A DNA stretch of 63,997 bases, the filler included, from Jimgerdemannia flammicorona (taxonomy: Eukaryota): NCBI GenBank assembly GCA_003990765.1. It is 3 parts of 3 records of this genome, joined end to end, with 100 filler letters (N's around TTAATTAATTAA, not from the genome) between each part and the next. Parts side by side here need not be neighbours in the genome. Positions count along the whole stretch, not along the records: positions 21,652 to 43,200 come from RBNJ01001431.1; positions 43,301 to 63,997 come from RBNJ01001606.1; 1 more part is not named here. The stretch is one strand, 5' to 3'. Position 1 is the first letter of the stretch; each line of letters begins with the position of its first letter. The notes beneath the pieces are model-generated. The model had not been told where the DNA came from, ran no database searches, and was given only the letters and a program-made list of their open reading frames with translations. Of the stretch, positions 35,940 through 48,526 are shown one piece after another. Position numbers and translations under genes: made by a program.

Positions 35940-38539
35940 TGTGACAGTATAGCTGAATTAGGAAGAAGGAAATAGGGAATAGACACTTGATTGCACCCAT
36001 TCCCAAAGTAGTATAGTTTTATAGTTAGCAGTCACCGATTTCAACATTGTCTAAATTTCTAGACATTGTCCAAATTGAACACCCCAATTTAGTGTAGTAT
36101 TTCGACATTGTCTAAATTTCTAGACATTATCTAAATGACTCATAACTTAGCTGCATAACTCAGTAGCCATCTCATAGCTAGCAAACTTGTATAAATAACC
36201 CAGTATCTTCAAGTGAATAAACCTCAGATCGAAAGTGTTAGAAAAAGAACAAGTATACTGATAAAAGAACTTTCAGAATTATCTCTTAAACACATTTGGC
36301 CTCAAGGAACTACTGACTCTGGGAGTCAAGAAGACAAGAATTCAAGATAAAGAAATCTGATATACTTGCCCACCTTAGCATCTGCTATGTTACAACTTAG
36401 TGCCCATTGGCTGATAATTCAAGATGAATCTCTCACTTTCAAGCTGAACAATGAATAACTGCAATCAGAACCCACACAACACAATCAGACAGAATGGATA
36501 TGAGACCACCTGTATTCCATGGATATACCTCTGACAAATCAATCATCACCTTCATTGATGATTTCAAGCAGTATGCTACTATAAGAACCTTATCGGCAGC
36601 ACAATAAGTAGCCCTACTCCCTGTGAGTCTCTGAGGCCCAGCAAGAACCATGTTTATGGTAGCTAATATATAAGGAGCTGATGATCCAGCAAGAATCCTG
36701 GCCTTCAAGACCTGGCTCTGAGCAACCTACTATATAGATGAAATCAAACAGGCACTCAAAGATCAACTGAATACTATCTGCCAAGGAATGTCTGAAGACC
36801 CAAACACATTCTATACAAGAATTCGACATCAAATAGTCCTTGCTGACTACCCCGATGCAGTTCAAGACCAAGTGGCTGAGAATACCTTTATGAAAGACAT
36901 TTACCAAGAAATTGCTTTAGCCATTCGATCTACTCCAACACCACTGGACCTGGGACAGAAGGTTACCTATGCCTAAAGATACTGGACTGCCAGACACCCT
37001 CAAGGCCATACAATGGAAAGGATAACTGGAGTAAAAATTGAACAAGCACCAAGAGTCACCAATACAATCCCAGCTACCATAGTCAATCGGAATATACAAC
37101 TGCAACCACAAGACCAGAGAAGGGTTGACCCAATGGAGGAACTGACCAAATAGTTCACAGAAATGACTGCACACCTCAGTGACATAGTCAAAGAGTTCAA
37201 GTAGAAGTCAGTATAGAAGTTTGCTGCTACAAATGCAAGATGATCAATAATATGCTACAATTGTGGAGAAGAAGGCCACTATGCCTCTAAATGTATGACA
37301 GAAACCAAGCAAAAGGCCAATCCAAGCAATGCAACCAGAAACCATGAGCAGGCAAACACTATCACCTTTGAGGAGATTGGAGAATCTGAGGAAGAGAGGG
37401 AGGAATGGGAAGCTTATCTTGCCATCTCAAGCAAGAAGGATGTCTGATCCAGTCCCTACAAAAGATCTCCAAGCAGACCTCCTAAGAAGGCCCAGACACA
37501 AACAAGACAACCAGAAACAGTCATCGAAAAAGAGAACCAGCAGAGTGAAGCTGATCAAGATATGGAGCTGGAACAAGATACTGAACTGGAGCGAGCAGTA
37601 GAAGATATTATTTGAAATACTACTCCATTAAGCAAAGGGAAGAAGGAGCAGAAACTGTGCAAGAGCAAGATCTTCAAGTATGATATCTTCAAGGACCTCA
37701 AGGACCAAAAGGTCAATACAACCTTTGGTCAACTAGTAGAAATTCCAACCTTTAGACAACAAATGAGGATAGGAATCTCAGATATTGGCAAAGACCAAGG
37801 TTACAGAATAATCGAAGCCAATAATGCACAAGAAGATTTAGATGAAGAGAGTGAAGATAACCAGAAAACATCAGCCTATGCTATCTGTCAGATCGAGGAC
37901 CAGGTCTTTGAAGCCATCATTGATACAGGAGCAGGAGGATATCTCATCACCAAGAAAGTAGTAGACCACCTAGGTTGGGAGATAGAAGAAGCCACCAAAT
38001 TGGTATTCGTCACAGCTGATGGGACAAGAGCAACACTCTTGGGAAAAATTCGGGATGTATCAATCAAGTTTAGTGAAGCCACTATCCCTGTGGATGTCAT
38101 CGTCACCAATGCAACCAACTATGATATTCTCATTGGCAATCAATAGCTTCATAAAGCCAAGGTAATGATTGACCTCAGTGTACAGAAGATGCAGATCATC
38201 TACTAGGGAAAGAAGATCAGAATTCCCATCAATGTCTACAAAGGAGTCCACCCTGAGATAGAGGAAGACTAAGAAGAAGAAGCCTACATAGTTACCACAA
38301 AGAAAGAAAAAGGCAAGCAATTGACAGAGGAAGAATGGTATACAAGAATTACAGATAGATATGCCCCACTAGGAAGGTGCCCCCATGGTGAAAGAATGTA
38401 CTGTGCCCAGCACTTGGATTGCTGCTACTCTTGTATCATTGAGGTGAAGAAGATCACTAACAAGCCAAAGAAGAACCAGGAGGAACCAGAAGATGGACCA
38501 CCAGAACTATTGGATGGCAGCGATGATAAAAAAGATATC

Positions 38540-38955
38540 ACAGTCAAGATACGAAGAATCCACTCTGATGCAGTTATGCCACAATACAAATCAGAGAATG
38601 CAGCAGGAATGGACTTATCTACTACAACACACACAATACTCGAACCACAGACCACCACCATTCTAGGAACAGAAATTGAAGTAACCATCCCGCCAAACCA
38701 TGTCGGAATCCTTAAGATAAGGAGCAGCTAGGCAAAGAGCGAAATATCTATAGAAGGAGGAGTTATCGATTCGGATTATACTGGAGAAATTCTTCTCCTC
38801 ACCAGGAACCACAACCCAACAATCCCATTCGAAGTAAGGAAGAAGGATCAGCTGGTACAAATGCTCATCCTACCTGTCCTTAATCCAAGAATCAAAGAGG
38901 TCACAAACATTGGACAAACTCAACGAGAAAGAGCTGGGTTCAGCTCTACAGGAAG
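38540..38955 (+). pseudogene. dUTPase domain within Gypsy pol (between protease and RT)
   Basis: Motifs AAGMDL, IRSS, GGVIDSDYTGEI, LVQML, RERAGFSSTG; also at ~57065-57480 and ~20255-20670. Confidence 0.95.
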
Positions 38956-41648
38956 AGGAGTTTTCGCAGCAACTAAGATCACTGAATTGGAGCACAAGAA
39001 GGAGGAAAGCCAAGACAAACACACCTATACAATTGGAAGAAACTTTCTCCTCAGAGAAGAATTGCAGAACCTCTTGCATACATTTGAGGATGTACTGGCC
39101 ATAGTTTTCAAGGACATCAAGACCAAGAAACTCTTGTATTATCATAATGTCAATACTGGAGATGCAAAGCCAATCTATCAGAAGGCCTGCCCCATTCCAC
39201 CAGTATACAGAGAATGGCTCAAGATAGAGATCAAGGAAATGGAGGAATCCAGTATCATTGAAGAAGCCAGCAGCCCTTGGTTCTCTCCCATCATCCTTGC
39301 ACTAAAGAAAGGAAGCCAACTAGGAGAATTTACATCAAGACTCTGCACAAACTATAGAAGACTCAATGAGGTCACAGAGAAGGACAGACAACATTGCCAA
39401 ACATTAGCAATATCCTTATTATGCTGGGGAATGAATCACGATTCTACACCACTCTGGATCTATTCTCAGAATTCTACCAAATCAGCCTTATATCTGAAGC
39501 CAGCAAAAGATCAGCCTTCATTACCCCCGATGGAACCTATGTCTATCTCTGCATGCCCTTTGGAATGTGCAATGCACCAGCAAGCTTCCAGTAAATGATA
39601 AACAGCATCTTTAGAGATATTATGGAGAAATGGATGATGGTATACATAGATGACATGATCATCTTCAGCTGAACAGCCAAAGAACACTTGGACCACATTG
39701 AGTAAATCCTCAGAAGACTTTGCAAACATGGCCTCTATATCAAGCCCAAGAAATACAAGTTTGGAGAAGAAGAAATCGCATACCTTGAACACATCATCAA
39801 CCATGAAGGAACACATACAGACCCTATAAAGATTAAGGCAGTAGCAGCATACCCAGTACCTACCAGTACCACTGAAGCCCGAGCCTTCATGGGACTTACA
39901 TCCTACTATAAAAGATTTATCAAAAGGTTCTCCCACATTGCCAGTCCTATCTATGATCTGTTCAGAAAAGAGGTCAAGTTCCAGTAGACTCAGCAGCAGC
40001 AACTAGCCTTTGATGAGCTCAAGACCAGATTGACCCAGGCCCTAATCCTGAGAAGACCCAACTGGACTCAAGAGTTTATTCTGCAGACAGATACCAGTGC
40101 AATAGGACTTGGAGCTGTCCTTGCACAAAAAAAGAATAGTGCCGAATATGTGGTAGCTTATCTCAGCTGAGGTACCCAAGGAGCTGGGCAGTTCTATGAA
40201 TCATATAAGTTGGAATGCCTTGCAGTCATATGGGCTGTGGAGAAGTTTCACTACTATCTGGCTGGCAGACACTTCACCATCCAGACAGATCATTCAGCAC
40301 TCACCTGGTTGCTCACTACCAGTAAGCCCAAAGGAATCTATACCTGATGGATCATGAAGCTGCAAGCATATGATGCCACAATCACCCACTGCCCTGGAAG
40401 AACCAACACCAATGCCGATGCCCTCTCATGAACACCCCGAAGGACCCAACCCCCACAAAATCACCATGAATAGGGAGCTGTATTACAGAATCATCAGCTA
40501 TCTGGAGCAGTGAAAGATGCCCCTGCATCTGGAAGAATGGACAAAAACAATTATTAATCAGATATGGAAACAATTCGAAACTGATGGAGAAATACTCAAG
40601 AAAGGAAAACAATTAGTCATCCCTGAGTACCAGAAGAATCAAGTGATGAAAGAAGTATATGAACAAGATCACATAGGAGGAACAAACACATATAACAAAA
40701 TGAGAAGAACCATGTGGTGGCCTGGAATGGAAGAAGATATCAGACAATTTGTCAGAACCTGTGACAAATGCCAGAAACAGAAACAAGACCGATGGAATCA
40801 AGCCCCTGGATCAGCAGACATCAAACCAATACCATTTGCCCATATTGCAATGGATATAATTGGCCCTCTACCCCTGACATTGATTGGCAACTGATATGTC
40901 ATTGTAATAGTGGATCTATTTACCAAATGGGTAGAGGCCAGACCTCTAAAGAAAGCCAATGCACAGTCAATTACCAATTTCTTTCATAGAGAAATCATCT
41001 GCTGATTCAAGACCCCAAAGTAAGTTACTACAGACAGAGGAACAGAATTCATCAACCAGTTCCATGAGGTTCTTTACAAGAAGTACAAAATCCAATACAT
41101 CAAGACTACTGCATATTACCCAAAAGGAAACAGATAAGCAGAAAGAACCAACAAGACCCTCAAGAACATCATTGCCAAGATCTGTGATGAATACGGAAAC
41201 TGGGACCACTATCTTCCAATAGCATTATCCACTCTGCGAGACATACAATTACAAAGTACCCACTTTATACCATAAGAAATGCTATTTGGCGAAGAAAGTT
41301 CTGGTAGAAGTTTGTCAGCAAGTAATGATGCAATTTGGAAGCATGTGGATATGGAGATATGGAGATTGCACCAGATCAGGAAAAAGGCAGAGGATTACAT
41401 AATCAAGGTGCAGGCACTGCAATAGAATAATGCAGAAAAGACCCACAAGCCCCTGGAAATCATCAAGATAGGAGATAAAGTTCTGGTGTATTAGAATATA
41501 GTAGAAGCTTCTTGGTCACACAAGCTGGAGCCCAAGTGGGAAGAACCTTACCTGGTGCAAGATATAAAAGGGATCACTTTCCGACTATGAAAACCCTCAG
41601 GCACAATAATCCCCACCACCATTCATCAAAACTGACTCAAGAAGTACC

Positions 41649-42140
41649 ATGACTAATAACCAAAGCACCGCAATGGCACTCAAGATCACTAGTGCTGCCC
41701 AAAGAGCCATCGAAAGACAATGGCACACCACTGAGCCTCCAATCATAGAGGCATACTATGAGGATATTCAGAGTATTGTACAGACTCATCTCTCTTGGAT
41801 CTCACACTTTAGAGCCTACCAACATCAGGCAGAGTTCCAAGAGTACTTCAAGCTTGGACGGGTGCTCAATCAGGATCCGGCAAAGACCAAAGAAGACTGG
41901 ATTGCAGAATACCAACTCTCCTACTCACAGATCACTATCGCCAAAAGGATCCACAAGCTATTTCAAGATGATGAATCAGCATTAGCCCACCTGTGAGGAG
42001 TAACCCCTACCAACTTCAATAAAATAAGGAGACATCATTGGGAGACAGTCATGCAACAAATTGAACAGTACAAAACCATATAGACAGTTGAAGCATGGGA
42101 GTTTGAATAGATGCCTCAGAGACGAGACCATCTATTCAGA
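41649..42140 (+). pseudogene. Accessory ORF3 of family A, unknown function
   Basis: ATG lies just inside the end of pol, before its stop (CCATGACTAA); 115 open codons, then continues past a TGA; shares IAKxIHxxF...HH with the family B LTR ORF. Confidence 0.75.
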
Positions 42141-42599
42141 AGGAAGTTGTGATGGTATAGCCAAATTAGGAAGAAGGAAATAGGGAATAGACACTTGATC
42201 ACACCCATTCCCAAAGTAGTATAGTTTTATAGTTAGCAGTTACCAATTTCGACATTGTCTAAATTTCTAGACATTGTCCAAATCGAACATCCTGATTTAG
42301 TATAGCATTTCAACATTGTCTAAATTTTTAGACATTGTCTAAATGACTCATAACTTAGCTACATAACTCAGTAGCCATCTCATAGCTAGCAAACTTGTAT
42401 AAATAACCCAGTATCTTCAAGTGAATAAACCTCAGATCGAAAGTGTTAGAAAAAGAATAAGTATACTGATAAAAAGACTTTCAGGATTATCTCTTAAATA
42501 CATTTGGTCTCAAGGAACTACTGACTCTGAGAGTCAAGAAGACAAGAATTCAAGATAAAGAAATCTGATGTACTTGCCCACCTTAGCATCTGCTACATT

Positions 42600-43200
42600 T
42601 GTAAGAGGATTACTTTTTAGGGTAACCGTTACGTAGTTCTGGAAGGGTTTTCTGGAAGTTCTGGATATTCTGGAAGACCGTTTTCCTATGGTCAAGATCA
42701 ATTTCGTATGGAGTACGTCCTCTACGCTTATTGATTTCAAGATTGGGTTGACGTCTCAACCAAAGTCCTTTTTCGGACTAGTTCTCGATGTTCAGGATTT
42801 CCCGTATTTCAGGAAGTTCAAGAAACTAAGACCGGCTTAGTTTAATTGGCGTATCGCTGCAGACAATACCCAATTAGTAAATTTCGTGACGGGGTTAGGA
42901 GTAGGACCTAACAGGGAGCGGATTTACTTAAGAGTGGTTTGTGGGTTATGAAATAGGTTTATTCGCTATTCATGATATTGCTATACTAGGAGTAGTTGTG
43001 TGAAGGGGTATTGTGGGGAAGTGCTTCAGGAGTGTGTTCGGATTGTTCAGGTGTTCAAGTCTGAGATTCTGAGGTCTGGGGGAGGGGGTATTTATACTAG
43101 TGAGGGGCTATCTGGACTATGCTAGATATGGATGTAGCACTAAGTGCTTTGCTGAGTCGGAATGCAGTCACGTAGTACAAGTGTGATCTGACATGTCAAG
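42600..43200 (-). mobile_element. Young LTR (family C) running into the gap
   Basis: Ends ...CTTACA on minus strand, TATAAATACCCC box at ~43085-43095, CpG-rich, interrupts the family A LTR 3 nt before its end. Confidence 0.7.
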
Positions 43201-43300
43201 NNNNNNNNNNNNNNNNNNNNNNNNNNNNNNNNNNNNNNNNNNNNTTAATTAATTAANNNNNNNNNNNNNNNNNNNNNNNNNNNNNNNNNNNNNNNNNNNN
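43201..43300. other. Assembly spacer (Ns with TTAATTAATTAA)
   Basis: 100-nt artificial linker. Confidence 0.98.
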
Positions 43301-43841
43301 AAAAAAAAAAAAAATACATATGATAATTGTATAAGTCTCCCATACTTTATAAGCAGTCATTATATACATTATACACTTTATTTGTAAATTTGACAATATG
43401 AATGCAATCTTGTATAATGCTCAGCCATCATTTGTAATATTATAATCTTGAATCTACATCTGTAGTTTTATATACTCTACTAAGCTATATTCTTTCAAAA
43501 GATTACTTATATATATAAAATACTCAAATAGTATAATCTTTACTATCAAAGATTGGAATCAATCTCTTAACTGTATTTATGCTTACTATAGAGACTATAA
43601 CTATTGTTGTACCTATTCTAGAAGTACTCATACTTACTGTATTTAATATACTCATACTGGCTTCTTGATTTATTATTTGTGATATCTTGATATAAAGTAA
43701 TGTATAGTCTTAGAGAGGTATTTATTAGCTGCTAAGTAGAGTTCATAATATTTATTATAAATATATTGAGAATATATAGTAGAGAGAAGAGTGGTGAGCA
43801 TTGTTTATTAATTATTTACATTTTTATATATTGAGTGATAT

Positions 43842-44305
43842 TGTAACAATTTCAGAGTCATATTTAGTTCTAGTATATTTTCACATCTTTTAGTTAGCCT
43901 TTTCTTATTATTTCTTGAATATTCTACTATGTTCTGCCACCTTTTACTTACTTAAAAATCTTCTCTCAGTACCCAGATACTATTAGAACATTCTTGTCTT
44001 TCCTTGGTACCAAGTATCTTATCTTAGCTAGTTATAGAACCTTTCAGAATATTGTAGAATAATATTAGTCAGCTTTGCTAAAAACCTATTTCTTAGCATT
44101 TCTCTTTTTTTTCAAGATCTTTCTAGATCTTTCTTTCAGATCATATATAAATATTCTTGTTCTCTACCTGAATAAAACTCAGAATATTTTCTTTCAGAAA
44201 TTCTTCAAGAATACTTGAATCTTTAAGTATCTCTTTAAGCTACTTTAGGTCAACCAGAACTTCTAGATTTAGCTACTTCCTCTTAAAGAAACTAGAACCA
44301 TTACA
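43842..44305. repeat. Decayed solo LTR (464 bp)
   Basis: TGTAA...TTACA ends with 5-bp flanks GATAT / GACAT. Confidence 0.65.
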
Positions 44306-44399
44306 GACATAACTTAAAAATAATATAGTTATAAAGAATTATATATCTAAGTCATATTATTGAGATATATAATAATGAGAATTTCCACAATCTTGCAAG

Positions 44400-45760
44400 A
44401 TGGAATTGGAAGGCACGACCGTTCCGTTCGGCACACCGTCTGAGAAGGATACCATCGAGATTGGCATCATAGGCATGGGCGATATGGGCCGGTTGTATGC
44501 GAGAAGGATCCACGCCGCCGGGTGAACGTCTGTGACTTGCCGTCCAAGTACGAATCTCTCAAGACCGAGCTCCAAGGCAGCGGTCTTAACGTTCACCTTA
44601 ACGGACACATGGTCTCGCGAAGAAGTGACTTCATTATCTACTCGGTCGAGGCGGAGTATATTGACAACGTTGTGGCTCAGTACGGGCCCTCAACCAAGCT
44701 GAACGCGATTGTCGCGGGGCAGACATCCGTCAAAGAGCCCGAGATCGCTGCCTTTGAGAAGCATCTCCCTGCCGACGTCCATATTATTTCGTGCCACTCG
44801 TTGCACGGGCCCACGGTCGATACAAAGGGACAACCTCTCGTCATGATGAAGCACCGCGCTTCACAGGAGAAGTTTGACCTCACGATACGTGTGCTGTCGT
44901 GTCTGGAGAGCGATTTCGTGTTTTTGTCGTACAAGGAGCACGACCGGATCACGGCCGACACGCAGGCCGTTACGCATGCTGCGTTCTTGAGTATGGGCAC
45001 GGCGTGGAAGACTGATGGACGATTTCCTTGGGAGAACCCGCACTTTGTCGGCGGTATTGAGAACGTCAAAGTTAATGTCGCGCTGCGTATCTACGGGAAT
45101 AAGTGGCACGTCTACGCGGGTCTGGCCATCATGAATCCAAACGCCAAGATCCAGATCAGTCAGTACGCCAAGTCGGTCGCGGATCTGTTTTTGCTCATGA
45201 TCACAGAGAACGAGGAGGAGCTAGTGCGGAGGGTGAAAACTGCCGGGGAGTTTGTCTTCGGCAAGGCAAACGCCCACCACGAGTCTATTCTCCTCTCCGA
45301 CAGTCTGCTGGACGAGTACTCGCTCTCCAACGTGCCGAAGGATCAATCCAAGCCCAACTCGCACCTGTCGTTGCTGGCGATGGTGGACTGCTGGTACCAG
45401 CTCAGACTCAACCCCTACGAACACATGGTCTGCCAAACCCCACTCTTCCGACTATGGATGGGTATCACCGAGTACCTCTTCCGTAGTCCACACCTCCTCG
45501 AGGAGGCCCTGAAGGCGGCGTTGCACAACCGTGAGATCCGCGTCAGCGACATGGAGTTCATGACGGCCGCGCGCGGGTGGGCCGAGTGCGTCGAACTGGG
45601 CAATATGGAGGGGTACCGCAAGAGGTTCGAGGCCACCGCTGGGTTCTTTAGCGATAGGTTCGCGGAGAGCGCCATGTTGGGCAACAAGATGATCGCCATG
45701 ATTACGAAGAAGACGGTTGGGAGGAAGGGAGCGACCGGAAAAGAGGAAGGGAGGGGGTGA
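44400..45760 (+). CDS. TYR1: Prephenate dehydrogenase (NADP+), intronless, with an apparent frameshift at ~44520
   Basis: IGIIGMGDMGRLYA Rossmann motif in one frame; NGHMVSRRSDFIIYSVEAE, GQTSVK, HSLHGP, HDRITADTQAVTH, NKWHVYAGLAI, PNSHLSLLA in another. Confidence 0.93.
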
Positions 45761-46684
45761 AGAGACCAGCGACGGCGTTTGTTTCCGAAGACAAGTCTGT
45801 AATTACAGCCATGTTCATAGGACAATTTACCATTCAAGATTCATAAAGTAATGTTGATCAGAGACGAAATAGATTGCATCGTAGTAGCAAGTCGCGCAAG
45901 GAAGATCGCGTCAGCGTGTCTGCATCACATATCCCGACTCTGACATTTATGTTGCAAGACATCGCCCCTTCGCAAACGCGTTCCACAGCTCGAGTGCATG
46001 CGAAGGGTTATCTGTCACGCGATTGGCTGTTAAATGATACCGCAAGCCATGAAGGAACTACCATCGAACCTGCCGGCAGAAGTTTTCCCAGATGTGTGTA
46101 TTCGGACATGTGAAGTTAAAGTTTGAACAGTCTAAACCCAAGCTGTTGGTAGTGTTCGGGTAATAAACGATGCTCATCGAACCTTTTGAGCGCACACCCC
46201 TCCCCACACAAAGAACGAACCCCATATTTCATCATGGGCAACCAAGTTCGAATCTCTAGCGGCAGTTTTGGAGCCGGCGGGGCGCGCGACTTGGATCCGG
46301 GAACGATCCGCAATGTCCTCCCGAACGGTATTGGTAATGGGGGTGGTGGAGTGGCTGTGTGGTGCTACCGCGGAGGTTCTAACATCATTGTGTACAACTC
46401 TGTCGATGACTCCCCCCTCCCCCGGGCAGCGAGAACGCGCGCCCGTCCGAGAAAAGTAACGTGCGGCATGTAGTTTCATATGCACGTACGTACACACATA
46501 CAACTCGTTTGCAATGTTTGGCGGGAATTGGATGCCAATCATTTCGGGTGGGTTGGGTTGGATTGTATAAGCCGCCAGCCGCCATACGGTTCCGAGATTT
46601 GATTTCGGTCGAACCCCCGAAGGGTATAAAATGTCGGCCAGTGCGACTGGTGGAGGGGATCGGCATCAGCCAGCAGCATCGTGG

Positions 46685-46687
<3 letters not shown>

Positions 46688-46749
<62 letters not shown>
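46688..46749 (+). repeat. Poly(A) tract, 62 nt
   Basis: Directly visible; no TSD found. Confidence 0.95.
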
Positions 46750-46750
<1 letters not shown>

Positions 46751-47443
46751 AAGCTAAACCTAGAAAGAAAAAAAAAGATTGCCGAGCATGCGAAAAAGCC
46801 GAAGCTCTCACGTAGCGTAGTCTCGCTATCTCCTAAGGTCACAAAAAGGAAAAAGTTAAATATCAAGTCGAACTATATCAATATTATTATACAGCGAACA
46901 ATGTTTAATTAATACTATACTTCGTTTACACAAAGAAAAAAAAAAAAAATCTCCACGGTCATGAGGAAGGCCCTTGCGATCCCATGTGAAAAAAAATGGC
47001 GTGCCAAGCCGCGGCACCGCAACCCCCCCGTTCCCAACTTCATTATCCCTCCACATATTTAGCAAACTTTCGAACGAGGATAACCCGATTTTCAGTGTTT
47101 TTAGAATAATTCCTGTGTTTGATGGGTTGATGGGAACGAACGATGCTATTATTTACAAGGATATCGACAGTTGATGGATTCTATATTAACATGGATCAAA
47201 TTTATATGCACACAATGATTTCTTTACATGACGGAGGGGAGGATTAATGAATATTTACAGAACGCGGAGGATGTGACTGAAATATGCCATACGTGACGAC
47301 ACGCATGAATGCTGTACAGCCCGGCTTTTTGCAGACAAAAGACACGGAATGGGGAAGAAAAAAAAAAGGGAAAATGAAACTGTGCTAGACCGACGTATCG
47401 ATCGATTGTCTATCCGATGCTCAATTTTTGAGCCATCAAAAAT

Positions 47444-48526
47444 CTACTCCACTTCGGCCCGAATATAACCATCGCTGTACCAGACAACAACGCCCTCCTT
47501 GAGCTCCTTCCTCCACACGACCCCGCGGTACTGGAAAGTCCAGAAGCTCCACCAGCATATCAGAATCACGCCAGCGGCGAGGTTAAGAACGTAGATCTTG
47601 AGGATGGGGATGAGGCTGAGTATATCGATAAAGTCAACGCCGTCGAACTTGCCGATCAACATGTATATGAGTCCCCACATGGATCCGACGCCCGCGAGGC
47701 ACCAGACGCGGTAGGCGATGACACGGCCGGATCCGGACGAAAATCCGCCGCAGTTCTCACGATCCTGCCAGCGGGAGCTCTCGACGTCGAACCCATCTTC
47801 CTCCTCGAGGTGGGTGATGTGCTCCCACATGATGATCCCCCACGCGTTGCGACGATCGAACATGAGAACCCAGAAAAGAATAGTGGTTGGGTGGATGAGG
47901 TCGACGGAAACGTTGTGGCCGAAGGCGAAGACGCCGAGAACCCAGCCGATCCAGAAGACGGAAGTACCGAAGGCAACGGAGAGGCGCTCGATCGAGGCTC
48001 GGTGGAAGGTGTGCGCGAGGAGGTGCGTCAAGTGGAAGGCGAGGTTGAAGAGGTTGAAAAGGTTCGGGAAGAGGTATTCGGAAGGACGAGTGTAAAGGGC
48101 ATGGGCGTGGAGGCCGATGATGAGGAAGGTGATGATGTAGGTGAAAGGGGTGTAGGAGACGCGGCTGTAAAAGGGTTTATTTTTTTATTTTATTTTATTT
48201 TTGGAGGGAGGAATAGAATTGTCAATAACTTGTGATGGGACTAGAGAGCCGTAGACAAGGAACAAGGAGAAGGGTACAAACATTGTGTGGGTGCTCTTGA
48301 CGATCGGGATCTCTCGGTCGTTTGCGGGCTCCTTTTCCTTGGACTTCTCGTCGTTCTCGTCACACTCTTCGCTCCTCTCGCTGTCGTAACCCTCATCGGT
48401 CATTGTAGGGGTCGACGGACGATCGCATTTCGCATCGTCTTGTGTGGGATTGATGTGGTTGGGCTGGTTGGGGAATCGATGGGGTGGCTGGGGAATGTCG
48501 GTGGCATTCAGATGTGGGATAAACAT
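47444..48526 (-). CDS. Uncharacterised multi-pass membrane protein, ~321 aa; exons 48526-48282 and 48164-47444
   Basis: GTTTGT...TACAG intron 48281-48165 joins two open frames; about 6 hydrophobic segments; host-like GC3 and CpG content; TATA-like TATATA ~50 nt upstream. Confidence 0.78.

Larger units (their letters stand above)
35940..42599 (+). mobile_element. Near full-length Ty3/Gypsy family A copy 2: LTR-PBS-gag-PR-Cys/His motif-dUTPase-RT-RH-IN-ORF3-PPT-LTR
   Basis: LTRs 35940-36394 and 42148-42599; CYNCGEEGHYASKC; IIDTGAGG; YIDDMII; LQTDTS and IQTDHSAL; CDKCQ, MDIIGP, TDRGTEF, ERTN; no chromodomain seen. Confidence 0.97.

Noticed and set aside
41649..41996. ORF3 as an env gene
   Set aside because: No signal peptide, furin site or TM anchor
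46180..46480. Possible small gene or snoRNA
   Set aside because: No recognisable protein family and no complete C/D or H/ACA box set
46461..46912. Poly-Lys / poly-Phe ORFs
   Set aside because: Translation artefacts of the 62-nt poly(A) tract
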